61,299 bases of DNA from Crocinitomicaceae bacterium (GCA_020832365.1 JAFIEX010000001.1:1-61299); one strand, 5' to 3'; numbered from the stretch's first letter, positions 47,494 through 59,288 are shown. Made by a program: numbers and translations. Notes: a model not told the origin generated them from the letters alone.

Positions 47494-49782
47494 ATGCGAA
47501 ATTTATTTGATATCCACGATTGGAAAATTGTAGAAACTTCTTTCGATCCGAAAAAGCAGATGCAAGCTGAAAGTATCTTCAGCATTGGTAATGGGAGTTT
47601 TGGGCAACGCGCTAATTTCGAAGAGCGCTATTCTGGTGAATCACTGCAAGGAAGTTATGTTGGTGGGGTTTATTACCCAGATAAAACAAGAGTGGGTTGG
47701 TGGAAAAATGGCTATCCGGAATATTTTGCAAAGGTATTAAATGCTTGTAATTGGATAGGTATTGACATCGAAATTCAAGGAGAGTCAGTTGATTTAAACC
47801 ATGCAACGGTGCTGTCTTTCTATCGCGAGCTGGACATGCAAAGTAGCACTTTATCTCGGAAAGTGACTCTCCGATTGAAAAGCGGGAAAGAATTAGAGAT
47901 TAACTCAATTCGTTTTTGCTCTATGCATCGTAATGAAATAGCTGCAATTTCTTATTCCGTTAAGCCCCTAAATTTTAGTGGTAATGTCAAATTCACACCT
48001 TATTTGGATAATAACGTCTCTAATGATGATGCCAATTATGATGAGTTTTTCTGGGAAGAAGAGAGCCAAAAAGCAGGAAATAAAAAAGCTTTTGTTTGCA
48101 GCAAAACCAAAAAGACCAATTTCCATGTGGCAACTGCCATGCGTATTTCTTTTTGGAAAGAAAAAGAATTGCAAGAAATCCATCCGAATTTTGCAACAAA
48201 ATCTCTATATGCCGAGAATAGTTTTGAAACTTACTTAGAGATAGGAACAACTTACACTTTAAAAAAATATGTGGCGGTAGCTTCTACTTTGAACCACTCT
48301 GAGTTTTCCCTAGTTACGCATGCCATTAACCAAGTAAAATCGGCTTATTTAACTGGCTTTGATGATCTACTAGAAGAACATAAGGTTGCATGGTCAAATA
48401 TTTGGGAAAATGCCGATATTCAAATTGATGGAGATGTTGCGGCACAACAAGGTATTCGTTTTAATATCTTTCACCTCTATCAAACTTATACTGGTACAAA
48501 TGAAAAACTGAACATCGGTCCCAAAGGCTTTACAGGTGAAAAGTACGGGGGCGCTACTTATTGGGACACAGAGGCCTATTGTTTGCCTTTTTACTTAAAA
48601 ACTGCTGATCCCAAAATTGCTAGACAATTGTTGATTTATCGTTATAATCAACTGGATAAAGCAATTGAAAATGCCGAGAAATTAGGCTTTGTAAATGGTG
48701 CAGCATTGTATCCTATGGTAACGATGAATGGAGAAGAGTGTCACAATGAATGGGAAATCACTTTTGAAGAAATTCACCGAAATGGTGCTATCGCTTTTGC
48801 CATTTACAATTATGTAAGACACACAGGAGACCATGAATATTTAAAAGACTATGGACGCCCGGTGTTAAACGCCATTGCCCGTTTTTGGTTCCAAAGATTT
48901 AATTGGTCGAAGGCCAAACAAGCCTATGTGATGTTAGGTGTAACCGGACCAAATGAGTATGAAAACAACGTCAATAACAATTGGTATACCAATTATATTG
49001 CAAAATGGTGTTTGAGTTATGCTTTGGAAGTGGAAGAGTCATGGGCGAAAAAAGACAAGGCATTACTTTCAAATCAAGAGTTGTTCCAATGGAAAGAAAT
49101 GTTGGATAAAATTTACTTCCCAAAACTAGAAGGTACGAATATTTTCTTGCAACAAGATGGATTCTTAGATAAAGAATTACTCAACGCAAGCGATATTCCT
49201 GATGCGCAACGACCAATTAATCAGCATTGGTCATGGGATAGAATTTTGCGCTCTGTATTTATAAAACAAGCTGATGTTTTGCAGGGGATTTACTTGTTTG
49301 AAGACCATTTTGATTTGGATGTCATCAGAGATAATTTTGATTTCTATGAACCTAAAACTGTTCATGAATCCTCTTTATCGCCATGTGTACACGCTATTAT
49401 CGCTGCTAAAATTGGTAACCTAGATAAAGCTTATGAAATGTATTTGCGCACAGCCAGATTGGACTTAGATGATTATAATCATGAAGCAGACGAAGGATTA
49501 CATATAACAAGTATGGCAGGAACTTGGATGAGCATGGTTGAAGGTCTTGCAGGAGTTCGAGTTTATGAAGACCATGTTTTAATTGACCCGAAAATTCCGG
49601 CCACTTGGAAAAGTTACAGTTTTAAAATTAGATTTAGAAATAATCCTATTCAAGTGACTGTTAATCAAGAGGGCTATGTGTTGGAAAATTTCGGCAATGA
49701 TAGTATTACTTATACTTACAAGGGAAAGAAAATTGAATTATGTGCTAATCAAACATCTAATTCTTTACAATTAATAGTTTAG
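47494..49782 (+). CDS. GH65 maltose (alpha-glucoside) phosphorylase
   Basis: 762 aa, the length and layout of GH65. GVTGPNEYENNVNNN catalytic-acid region. Adjacent to pgmB, as in known maltose phosphorylase operons. Confidence 0.9.
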   Translation: MRNLFDIHDWKIVETSFDPKKQMQAESIFSIGNGSFGQRANFEERYSGESLQGSYVGGVYYPDKTRVGWWKNGYPEYFAKVLNACNWIGIDIEIQGESVDLNHATVLSFYRELDMQSSTLSRKVTLRLKSGKELEINSIRFCSMHRNEIAAISYSVKPLNFSGNVKFTPYLDNNVSNDDANYDEFFWEEESQKAGNKKAFVCSKTKKTNFHVATAMRISFWKEKELQEIHPNFATKSLYAENSFETYLEIGTTYTLKKYVAVASTLNHSEFSLVTHAINQVKSAYLTGFDDLLEEHKVAWSNIWENADIQIDGDVAAQQGIRFNIFHLYQTYTGTNEKLNIGPKGFTGEKYGGATYWDTEAYCLPFYLKTADPKIARQLLIYRYNQLDKAIENAEKLGFVNGAALYPMVTMNGEECHNEWEITFEEIHRNGAIAFAIYNYVRHTGDHEYLKDYGRPVLNAIARFWFQRFNWSKAKQAYVMLGVTGPNEYENNVNNNWYTNYIAKWCLSYALEVEESWAKKDKALLSNQELFQWKEMLDKIYFPKLEGTNIFLQQDGFLDKELLNASDIPDAQRPINQHWSWDRILRSVFIKQADVLQGIYLFEDHFDLDVIRDNFDFYEPKTVHESSLSPCVHAIIAAKIGNLDKAYEMYLRTARLDLDDYNHEADEGLHITSMAGTWMSMVEGLAGVRVYEDHVLIDPKIPATWKSYSFKIRFRNNPIQVTVNQEGYVLENFGNDSITYTYKGKKIELCANQTSNSLQLIV

Positions 49783-49784
49783 TT

Positions 49785-52397
49785 ATGAAAAGAATTTGTT
49801 TTTTACTCGTTTTCTTCGTTTTCGGATACGTTAATTCCCAAATCGGAATGGTTGGAACTTTCAACAATTGGCAAAATGATGTTTTCTTGCAGACAACGGA
49901 TGGCATCAATTGGTCAGTGAATCACACCTTTAACACTTCGGCATTAGTGAAGTTTCGAGAGGATGGTGATTGGGCAGTTAATTGGGGTGCTCCAGACTTT
50001 CCAACGGGTGTTGGTTTTCAAGGTGGACCAGATATTCCGGTAGCTGCTGGTGTATATGACATCTTTTTTAATAGTCAGACTGGCGCTTACGAGTTTGATT
50101 TAATTGATCCCATTCAAGAGGTTTATATTAATCCTACAAATAGGCAGGTACTATTGCAGGGATTTTGGTGGGATTACCATAATGATAATTATCCTAGTGG
50201 ATGGTCAAATTATTTAGCAGAACTGGCGCCGAGATTGAGAGAACTTGGTATTGATGCGGTTTGGATTCCGCCTTCAATCAAAAATACAGGTACCAACAGT
50301 GTTGGTTATGCTCCTTTCGACCATTACGATTTGGGAGATAAATTCCAGAAAGGCAATGTCAGAACTAGACTTGGTGATAAGGATGAGTTATTAAGAATGA
50401 CTGCTGTGCTCAAAGCAAATGGTATGGATGTAATTCAGGATATAGTGCTTAACCACTTAATGGGTGCAGGAAGCAGCACAGGAGCTGGTGGTATTGATCC
50501 CGCGGCTATGGATGATGGGTCAACTGGAAGATTTAAAAACTTCCGTTACAATTCGTATGCCTCTCCAGCGGTAAATCAAACTGCGGCTGATTATTTGGCA
50601 AGATCTGGAAGATTCCCAAAGAATTGGCAAAATTTTTACCCTAATCCTGGAAATCCTTGTTGTACAAACGATATTAATTCTCCTTTTTGGGGTCCAGATA
50701 TTTCTTATGAAATGAATGCCTTTGGTCAAAGTAGCAATGCTATTTATAATCCACCTCAGTCAGAGGGTCATATGCGAAATGGAATGAGAGAGTGGATCAT
50801 TTGGTACAAAAAGCAAGCAGGATGGGATGGTGTTAGGATTGATGCAGTGAAACACTTTCCGAATGAAGTAACTGAAGATTATTTGTGGAACTTGCAAAAT
50901 AATGCGGGATGGGCAAGTGGAGGAGACGAAATGTTTGCTGTTGGCGAGTGGGTAGATTTTAATGCAGGAATATTGGATTGGTGGGCCAATGAAATGCAAA
51001 ACCGAGCGGGAACATTTGACTTTGCATTGAGAGATGGATTGTATGGAATTATCACAGGGCAAGGTGGCTATAATTTGGGTGCTATTCCAAGTACACAACA
51101 AAACAATCGGCTAAGAACTGTGCCTTTTGTTAATAATCACGACACCTTTCGTCCTGATTTAGATAGCGATGGAAATTACATAGGTTGGGGGAGTGCTTTA
51201 GCGCCAAGAATTGAACCGAATGATGGTAGACTAAGTGTAATTTATGCGATCATGATGGCTGTAGATGGGGCTCCACAGATTTTCTTTGAAGATTTATTTG
51301 ACATTGGTTATAATAGCAATCGTTTTAATCACGACCCAAAAGACCCTGACCAACTGCCAATGCGCAGTGATATAGCCAATATTATATGGTGTCACCAAAA
51401 CTTGCATTTCAAAGCTGGACCTTACCTTGTTAGATGGCAAGCGCAAGATGCATTGGTTATTGAAAGAGGGGAGAAGGCGCTAATTGCTGTTACTGATCAT
51501 TGGACAGATTGGCAAAACCTACAAGGTGTCCAAACACAATGGCCTGACGGAACCGTGCTTCAAGATTATTCTGGTGCTAATAGTAATACCGTTACAGTTT
51601 ATGGAGGAGGTTTAGTCGATATTTCAATCCCTCCATGTAATGGAAGTGCACCGAACGGTCGAAGAGGATATTCAATATGGGCGCCAGAAGGGATTACTCA
51701 AAATTATGCGCAACCTATTAAAAGAGTAACGCAAGAATGGGAAATGGCCAATGACATTGGAGATAGCCACATCAGCTCTTTACAGCAAGGAGGCGCTTTG
51801 CCAGATAATAACGATAATTGTCGTGCGGTTGGAAAAATATTTGTTCAAGCCGATGAGGAAATTATCCTAGAACTCTTCCCCGAAAATAGTGATTTATCTG
51901 TCACCTTATTTATTGAAGAAAGCGAATGTAATTTCTTAGATTCTGTTGCTGGCACTGGAATGTTAACATTAACTTATACGCCTTCGACTTCTGGTTGGAT
52001 CAATATGAAAGTGAAAAATACAACACCGAACCAACTTGGACAGCGTGTTTGGGTAAAAGCAAACTACGTCGCCCCGCAAGTGGTGCAAACGAATGTTCCA
52101 AAATTCCGTTGTGCTTGTCCGCTAGACAATCTTGCTAACAATGAATTAGAACTCGATAAAATTAGAATTTATCCAAACCCGACTAGGGAAATACTAAATA
52201 TCGACTGGGCGACTGCTAAAAACAATTATGATGCTTTCGAAGTTCGAAGCTTAGACGGTAGATTGGTTTTAAGCGGACAAATGGAAAACAGTTTACACCA
52301 GATTGAAGTAAGTGCACTTCAAAAGGGCGCTTACCTTTTGATTGTAAAGTCTTCTCATTTAAACGAACGCATTGTTAAGAAATTTGTCAAAGACTAA
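49785..52397 (+). CDS. Secreted GH13 alpha-amylase with an N-terminal CBM-like module and a T9SS type A C-terminal domain
   Basis: 870 aa. GH13 regions DIVLNH, DGVRIDAVKHFP, AVGEWVD and FVNNHDTFR. C-terminal IRIYPNPTREILNI...AYLLIVKS. Confidence 0.85.
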   Translation: MKRICFLLVFFVFGYVNSQIGMVGTFNNWQNDVFLQTTDGINWSVNHTFNTSALVKFREDGDWAVNWGAPDFPTGVGFQGGPDIPVAAGVYDIFFNSQTGAYEFDLIDPIQEVYINPTNRQVLLQGFWWDYHNDNYPSGWSNYLAELAPRLRELGIDAVWIPPSIKNTGTNSVGYAPFDHYDLGDKFQKGNVRTRLGDKDELLRMTAVLKANGMDVIQDIVLNHLMGAGSSTGAGGIDPAAMDDGSTGRFKNFRYNSYASPAVNQTAADYLARSGRFPKNWQNFYPNPGNPCCTNDINSPFWGPDISYEMNAFGQSSNAIYNPPQSEGHMRNGMREWIIWYKKQAGWDGVRIDAVKHFPNEVTEDYLWNLQNNAGWASGGDEMFAVGEWVDFNAGILDWWANEMQNRAGTFDFALRDGLYGIITGQGGYNLGAIPSTQQNNRLRTVPFVNNHDTFRPDLDSDGNYIGWGSALAPRIEPNDGRLSVIYAIMMAVDGAPQIFFEDLFDIGYNSNRFNHDPKDPDQLPMRSDIANIIWCHQNLHFKAGPYLVRWQAQDALVIERGEKALIAVTDHWTDWQNLQGVQTQWPDGTVLQDYSGANSNTVTVYGGGLVDISIPPCNGSAPNGRRGYSIWAPEGITQNYAQPIKRVTQEWEMANDIGDSHISSLQQGGALPDNNDNCRAVGKIFVQADEEIILELFPENSDLSVTLFIEESECNFLDSVAGTGMLTLTYTPSTSGWINMKVKNTTPNQLGQRVWVKANYVAPQVVQTNVPKFRCACPLDNLANNELELDKIRIYPNPTREILNIDWATAKNNYDAFEVRSLDGRLVLSGQMENSLHQIEVSALQKGAYLLIVKSSHLNERIVKKFVKD

Positions 52398-52443
52398 TGG
52401 TACTTCTTCTGTTTTGAACAGAAGTGGTAATCAGTGTTCAAAA

Positions 52444-52468
52444 AGCTCCTCCAACGAGGAGTTTTTTT
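52444..52468 (+). terminator. Rho-independent terminator after the secreted amylase gene
   Basis: Stem CTCCTC/GAGGAG, loop CAAC, followed by T7. It is preceded by a second 8-bp hairpin at 52406-52424. Confidence 0.75.
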
Positions 52469-52487
52469 CGTTTAAAAAAAAGTTAAA

Positions 52488-53541
<1,054 letters not shown>

Positions 53542-53728
53542 AAACAAATCCATCAGCTATTAAACACAAAAAATCGGTATTTATCTCTAATGGATTACCC
53601 CTTTTTTGTTTTTTTCACTTTTGTATAGCCTTAGTTTTTGCATATTTGTCTCGGAATTAAATGAATGATGATTAATGCTACTTATGTAACGTGTTTTTCC
53701 AGTCGTTCGAAGCAATTAATGAAATACC

Positions 53729-55513
53729 ATGAATAAATTTTTGTCTTTAGCAGTTGGTTTAATATTAGCGGGGCTTTCGTTCTCTCAAAAAATTAGTCAT
53801 GAACTTTCCATGCCTAATCCAGAAACACATTATTTTCATGTAGAGGTAACTTTAGAGGATTTTTCAGAAGATACAATTACTTTAGCGCTACCCGTGTGGG
53901 CGCCTGGTTCTTATTTGGTGAGAGAATTTTCAAGACACATTGATGTGGTTAGGGCTGCTGACATAAATGGTGAAGCATTAAAAGTATATAAAACCCGAAA
54001 AAACCATTGGGTAATTGTTAAAGGGAACTCGAGTAGGGTTACCGTAAACTATGAAGTTTATGCATTTGATTTAACTGTTCGCACGAGCTTTTTGGATCGT
54101 TCGCATGGTTTCGTAAATGGTAGTAATGTTTTTATGTACCCCATAGGATATAAAAATCTAGGTGGTGAACTTAGTATTCAAAAAGGTATTTTCAGTAGGA
54201 TATCAACTATCTTGCCTCCTAAACCGGAAGGAGTTGCCAACGACGGTCAAGAAACATTCATGTTTTCAGATTATGATGAATTAGCAGATTCCCCCATAGA
54301 AATTGGCAATCATGAAGAGTTTACGTTTGAAGCTGCGGGCGCTTTACACAGGGTTGCCATGTATGGTAGTGGAAATTACCATATTCCAACGCTTCAAAAG
54401 GACATGGCTCGAATTGTTGAAGTTTGTGTCAATGTTTTTAAAGGGGATAATCCCAACAAAGAATATTTATTCATCATTCACAACACCCACACAGGAAGTG
54501 GCGGATTAGAACACATGGCATCGACGGTGCTTAATGTTAACAGATGGACTTACGAAGGCCCCGCATACAATAGATTTTTATCCTTAGTGGCCCATGAGTA
54601 TTTTCATTTATGGTTGGTTAAAAGATTACGCCCAATTCAACTTGGTCCTTTCGATTACGACAGAGAAAATTATACCGATTTATTATGGGTTATGGAGGGT
54701 TTTACTTCTTATTATGATGACTTATTGATGCGCAGGGCTGGCTTTTATTCTGAGCAAGAATACCTCAATAAAATTCAAGGAACAATGAATTTTGTTGAAA
54801 ATACCCATGGAAATTCTGTTCATCCTGTAGCACATTCTTCCTTTGATGCTTGGATAAAATTATACAGACCAGATGAAAACACAAGAAATTCCAGAATCTC
54901 CTATTATTCTAAAGGACATTTAGTGGCAGCAACAATTGATGCAATGATTATGGAACAGTATAAAGGCAAGAAAAGTATGGACGATTTCTTGTTAATGTTG
55001 TATAACAAGTATTACAAAGAGCTTGATCGAGGCTTTTCAGAAGCAGAATTTAAGGAAGAACTAGAAAAATTCTTAAAAAGAGACCTTACAAAGTTCTTTG
55101 AGGATCATATTTATGATAGCAAGACCATTGATTATCCGAAATATTTTAAGCCCCTTGGTATCGATTTAAGAAAGGATGAATTACAAAAAGTTCAATTTGG
55201 AATAACTACTGCAATGGAAAACGGTAAGTTGATAGTTAAAAATGTTGATTTATTGAGTGCGGCTAAAAGAGCAGGCTTAAGTCCTAATGACGAAATAATT
55301 GCCTTCAACAGTTTTAGAGTGGATCAAACTGCTTTAAACAACTTTATGGGTGGTTTAAATCCAGGCGACCCATTCGTGTTAATCGTTTCACGAGATCATG
55401 AGTTGATGGTTATCCAAGCGGAAATGGGAACCATGGATCAAGTAAGGTATGTTTTTGATACAACCCATAAAAATAAAATAGGTCAATATTGGCTACGAAC
55501 AGATGAGCCTTAA
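53729..55513 (+). CDS. M61 family (glycyl aminopeptidase-like) metallopeptidase with a C-terminal PDZ domain
   Basis: 594 aa with a signal peptide. HEYFHLW zinc motif and a PDZ-like C-terminus. Confidence 0.8.
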   Translation: MNKFLSLAVGLILAGLSFSQKISHELSMPNPETHYFHVEVTLEDFSEDTITLALPVWAPGSYLVREFSRHIDVVRAADINGEALKVYKTRKNHWVIVKGNSSRVTVNYEVYAFDLTVRTSFLDRSHGFVNGSNVFMYPIGYKNLGGELSIQKGIFSRISTILPPKPEGVANDGQETFMFSDYDELADSPIEIGNHEEFTFEAAGALHRVAMYGSGNYHIPTLQKDMARIVEVCVNVFKGDNPNKEYLFIIHNTHTGSGGLEHMASTVLNVNRWTYEGPAYNRFLSLVAHEYFHLWLVKRLRPIQLGPFDYDRENYTDLLWVMEGFTSYYDDLLMRRAGFYSEQEYLNKIQGTMNFVENTHGNSVHPVAHSSFDAWIKLYRPDENTRNSRISYYSKGHLVAATIDAMIMEQYKGKKSMDDFLLMLYNKYYKELDRGFSEAEFKEELEKFLKRDLTKFFEDHIYDSKTIDYPKYFKPLGIDLRKDELQKVQFGITTAMENGKLIVKNVDLLSAAKRAGLSPNDEIIAFNSFRVDQTALNNFMGGLNPGDPFVLIVSRDHELMVIQAEMGTMDQVRYVFDTTHKNKIGQYWLRTDEP

Positions 55514-55543
55514 ATTGTTTTAGTTTTTGGTAAAACTATAGAG

Positions 55544-56854
55544 ATGTTTCAAAATTGTAGGTTTTTTCTCCTTTATTGTATTATCGGGATGTTAATCCTA
55601 AGTGCTTGTGGAACACCTTTCAGAATTATTGAAATTCAAAAATCAGAAGAAAGCACCTATGCTTTTGCGCAAACCGAACCTAGTATTGCAATAGATCCAA
55701 ATGACCCAATGGTTATGGTGGCGGGAACAGTAATGAACGATTATTATTTCTCCAATAATGGTGGGAAAAAGTGGCATAGTACCGTGTTAAAAAGTCCTTT
55801 TGGTGTAAACGGAGACCCAGTTTTACACATTAGTCAAAATGGTAGGATTTACTATTTTCACTTATCTAATCCAGAAAATGGCCACCGATTAGACAGGATC
55901 GCTTGTGCTCATTCTGACTTTTACAATGGTAAATCTTGGGAGTATTCTGCTACGGCTGTAAACAGTACCAAAGTTCAAGATAAACCCTGGGTAGCAGAAT
56001 GTCCAGTCACTGGAAATCTATACCTTACATGGACGCAATTTGATGCTTATAAATCGCCAGACCCAAAAGACTCATCATTTATTTTTTTTGCTAAAAGCAC
56101 AGATGAAGGTAAGACTTGGTCTAATCCTATTCGCATTTCAAAACTTGGAGGCGACTGTATGGATGGTAACCAAACCGTAGAAGGGGCAGTGCCAGCAGTA
56201 GACAATCAGGGAAATCTTTTTGTAGTGTGGACAGGACCTCATGGTTTAAGAATGAATTATTCCATGGATGAAGGTGAAACATGGTTGGAAGAGGAATTAT
56301 TTGTGACCGATCATCCCGGAGGATGGTCATTTGATGTGCCAGGCATTTATCGTTGTAACGGTTTGCCGATTATTAAAATTGACCGTTCAAAAGGTGAGCA
56401 AAGAGGCAGGATTTACATTAATTGGTCCGATCAAAGCAATGGTGAAAATCAGACGGATGTTTGGTTAGTTCATTCTGATGATCAGGGAAAAACTTGGACA
56501 GCGCCCAAGAGAGTCAATCAAAATAAAGAAGCAAGTCACCAATTTTTTACTTGGATGGACATCGATCAAGCCTCAGGCTATCTTTATTTTGTTTACTATG
56601 ATAGGCGGAATCATCCAGATAATTTTACTGATGTGTTTTTAGCTGCTTCTTTTGATGGTGGAGAAACATTCGCTGATATGAAAATTTCGAAAGAGGCATT
56701 TTTACCATCCGAGAATATTTTCTTTGGCGATTACACCAACATAGCTGCGGTTAAAGGAGTGATAAGACCCATTTGGACCACCATGCATTTTGGTAAAATT
56801 GGACTCAATACAGCCTTGATCAATGAAAGGAAATTGAAAAGAAAATTAAAGTAG
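55544..56854 (+). CDS. BNR/Asp-box repeat (sialidase-fold) protein
   Basis: 436 aa with a lipoprotein-like signal (LSAC). Four Asp-boxes: STDEGKTWS, SMDEGETW, SDDQGKTWT, SFDGGETF. Confidence 0.7.
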   Translation: MFQNCRFFLLYCIIGMLILSACGTPFRIIEIQKSEESTYAFAQTEPSIAIDPNDPMVMVAGTVMNDYYFSNNGGKKWHSTVLKSPFGVNGDPVLHISQNGRIYYFHLSNPENGHRLDRIACAHSDFYNGKSWEYSATAVNSTKVQDKPWVAECPVTGNLYLTWTQFDAYKSPDPKDSSFIFFAKSTDEGKTWSNPIRISKLGGDCMDGNQTVEGAVPAVDNQGNLFVVWTGPHGLRMNYSMDEGETWLEEELFVTDHPGGWSFDVPGIYRCNGLPIIKIDRSKGEQRGRIYINWSDQSNGENQTDVWLVHSDDQGKTWTAPKRVNQNKEASHQFFTWMDIDQASGYLYFVYYDRRNHPDNFTDVFLAASFDGGETFADMKISKEAFLPSENIFFGDYTNIAAVKGVIRPIWTTMHFGKIGLNTALINERKLKRKLK

Positions 56855-56995
56855 TTGATTAAAGGAGTTAGGCGATAGAAGTAGGGTTTTTTATAAAAGT
56901 AATGCGGCACGGTCTCTTTCCTCAAAAGCCGAAATATCTATAGGTTTTGTCGAAGGGAAGTTCCTCATAGTGATTGTTGAGATCATGAAAGCTAA

Positions 56996-57580
56996 TCAAC
57001 TATTTTTATCTCCAAACAATGCCGACTCGATATAAAGAATCAAGCTATGAATGACCTTAATATGAATTTCTTGCGCTCTATCGGCGTAATCAGAAAATGG
57101 AGCTCTAATTTCTATATCACATAAATCTGCCATTGCTCCACCAGACTTTCCGGTCAAACCAACGATCATCATGCCTTTCGCTTTTGCGGCTTTAATGGCT
57201 GCGATAACATTTTTGGAGTTCCCACTTGTTGAAATAGCCAATAAGACATCACCTTCTTGTCCGACAGCTTCTACATACCTTGAAAAAATAGCATCGAATC
57301 CATAATCATTGCCAACACAAGTAATATGGCTTGGGTCAGAGATAGCAATGGCTGCAAGACCAGGTCGGTTATCCCTAAATCTACCAGATAATTCTTCCGC
57401 AAAATGCATTGCGTCACACATCGAGCCTCCGTTACCACAAGAAATTATTTTCTTTTTCCCTTTTAAAGCCGATGCCATTAGTTCACCTGCGGCACATATT
57501 TTTTCGAAATTCTCTGGGTTTTTGTTAAATTTTAGCAAAATTTCTGCTGCTTCCTGAAATTGGTCTGTTATTTGTTTCAT
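56996..57580 (-). CDS. gmhA: SIS-domain phosphoheptose isomerase (GmhA/DiaA family)
   Basis: [20 protein letters not shown] and ISTSGNS motifs. The track start at 57586 is a GTG. I prefer ATG 57580 (MKQITDQ...). Confidence 0.75.
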   Translation of the reverse strand: MKQITDQFQEAAEILLKFNKNPENFEKICAAGELMASALKGKKKIISCGNGGSMCDAMHFAEELSGRFRDNRPGLAAIAISDPSHITCVGNDYGFDAIFSRYVEAVGQEGDVLLAISTSGNSKNVIAAIKAAKAKGMMIVGLTGKSGGAMADLCDIEIRAPFSDYADRAQEIHIKVIHSLILYIESALFGDKNS

Positions 57581-57706
57581 GTTCACCAGTTGAATGAATG
57601 CATAAAATTAGATGGATTCTTGGAAATAACAGCTCTAAAAATCAATTTTTAAAAAAAGCGCGCAACTTTTTTGCAGAAATAAATGTTTTGTTCGACACAA
57701 CTTTAG

Positions 57707-57714
57707 TATATTTG
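57707..57714 (+). promoter_or_regulatory. -7 box TATATTTG of the 57748 gene
   Basis: Perfect TAnnTTTG in the divergent region between gmhA and the 57748 ORF. Confidence 0.5.
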
Positions 57715-57747
57715 GAAACTTCGAGCTTGCTCATAAATTATAATAAA

Positions 57748-58176
57748 ATGAAAAAAATAGCCGTACTTCTATTGTTATCCTTAGGTTTTGTTTTTGAATC
57801 AAAGAGCCAAGAAGGGTGTTATGATCGTCTAGAAAAAGCCTTTAAAGAAAGAGGGTCGTATACAATATCTGACGATATTCACAGAAATGTAATCGTCGTA
57901 TTTTTTGATAAAAATAATGAATCTACTTGCGTTAAAGGTAAAGCAAGAGTAGAAAATGGGGCTATTTCTTCAATATTTATATACTACGATGACAATACCT
58001 CTGAATTGTATGATAAAAAATTTCATAATGAGAAGCGTCAACCGCCTAGAATTGCTGATGGTATCTCTGAGATGATCTTCACAACGGATGGTGAAAGAAT
58101 TAAGGTTGTTTTCGTAGATAAAATTAAACCTAGAAAAAAACAATTCAAAGAAGCAGTTATTCCAGACGATTTATAA
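57748..58176 (+). CDS. Hypothetical secreted protein
   Basis: I start it at ATG 57748 (MKKIAVLLLLSLGFVFESKSQ signal peptide), which lies 34 nt downstream of a perfect TATATTTG box. The track's 57598 start covers the divergent promoter region. Confidence 0.5.
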   Translation: MKKIAVLLLLSLGFVFESKSQEGCYDRLEKAFKERGSYTISDDIHRNVIVVFFDKNNESTCVKGKARVENGAISSIFIYYDDNTSELYDKKFHNEKRQPPRIADGISEMIFTTDGERIKVVFVDKIKPRKKQFKEAVIPDDL

Positions 58177-58260
58177 GAATTTTTAAGAAAGTAAAAGGTT
58201 ATCCTCTTTTAGGATAACTTTTTTTATTTTATCTTGTAACCAAATTCTAAATCCGATACA

Positions 58261-59280
58261 ATGTTGAAAATTGATATGCATACCCATATTATTCCTAAGC
58301 ACCTTCCGAATTGGACGGAGCGTTTTGGGTATGGCAATTTTATTGATTTAGTCCATCGGCAGGACGGGAAAGCCGATATGATGCAAGGAGGTAAGTTTTT
58401 TAGGACTATTGATGAAAACTGCTGGGATGAGAAAGTTCGCATGCAAGAATATGACGATTTTAGCACCCAAGTTCAGGTTGTATGCACTATTCCAGTTTTA
58501 TTTTCCTATTGGGCCAAAGCAAAGGACACCCTTGCGCTAAGTGAGTTTTTAAATGATCATATCGCGGATTTAGTGCAACGTTATCCAAAGCATTACATTG
58601 GTTTGGGAACTGTGCCCATGCAAGACCCAGCATTAGCTGTGCAAGAACTGGAAAGAATAAAAAAAATCGGATTAGTTGGTATTCAAATTGGTTCCAATAT
58701 CAATGATGAAAATTTGAGTGAACAGAAATTTTTTCCAATTTTTGAGGCCTGCGAGCGACTTGGATTAGCCATCATGATTCACCCTTGGCAAATGATGGGG
58801 TTTGATCAAATGAAAAAATATTGGCTTCCTTGGTTAGTGGGGATGCCAGCCGAAACATCAAGAGCAGCTTGTTCATTGATTTTCGGAGGAGTACTGGAAA
58901 GATTACCCAATTTACGTGTTTGTTTATCGCACGCTGGTGGTTCTTTTTTGCCAACTTTAGGAAGAATTGAACATGGTTTTAATTGCAGACCTGACTTAGT
59001 AGCGATTGACAACCCAACAAACCCAAGAGAATATGTCGGTAAGTTTTGGGTGGATTGTATCACGCATGATATTGATTTACTGAAATATATACTCAAACTT
59101 CAAGGCAGTGAAAGGGTATGCTTAGGCACGGATTATCCTTTCCCACTTGGTGACCTAGAGATAGGCAAGTTCATAGAAGAAAGTGATTTGAGTCTATCTG
59201 TAATTGAAGATATTTTCTGTAATGCTACTTTAGCATGGTTGAATATAGATAAACAACTGTTTTTAGATGAATTAAATTAA
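58261..59280 (+). CDS. Amidohydrolase-2 family decarboxylase (2-amino-3-carboxymuconate-6-semialdehyde decarboxylase-like)
   Basis: 339 aa. The N-terminus MLKIDMHTHIIPKHLPNWTERFGYGNFIDLVH closely parallels animal and bacterial ACMSD N-termini. Further metal-ligand contexts MIHPW and LSHAGG. Confidence 0.75.
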   Translation: MLKIDMHTHIIPKHLPNWTERFGYGNFIDLVHRQDGKADMMQGGKFFRTIDENCWDEKVRMQEYDDFSTQVQVVCTIPVLFSYWAKAKDTLALSEFLNDHIADLVQRYPKHYIGLGTVPMQDPALAVQELERIKKIGLVGIQIGSNINDENLSEQKFFPIFEACERLGLAIMIHPWQMMGFDQMKKYWLPWLVGMPAETSRAACSLIFGGVLERLPNLRVCLSHAGGSFLPTLGRIEHGFNCRPDLVAIDNPTNPREYVGKFWVDCITHDIDLLKYILKLQGSERVCLGTDYPFPLGDLEIGKFIEESDLSLSVIEDIFCNATLAWLNIDKQLFLDELN

Positions 59281-59288
59281 ATTAGAAT

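Noticed and set aside
57598-57747. The 50-codon N-terminal extension of the 57748 ORF.
   Set aside because: It covers the divergent promoter region, including a perfect TATATTTG box at 57707-57714. The signal peptide starts at Met51.
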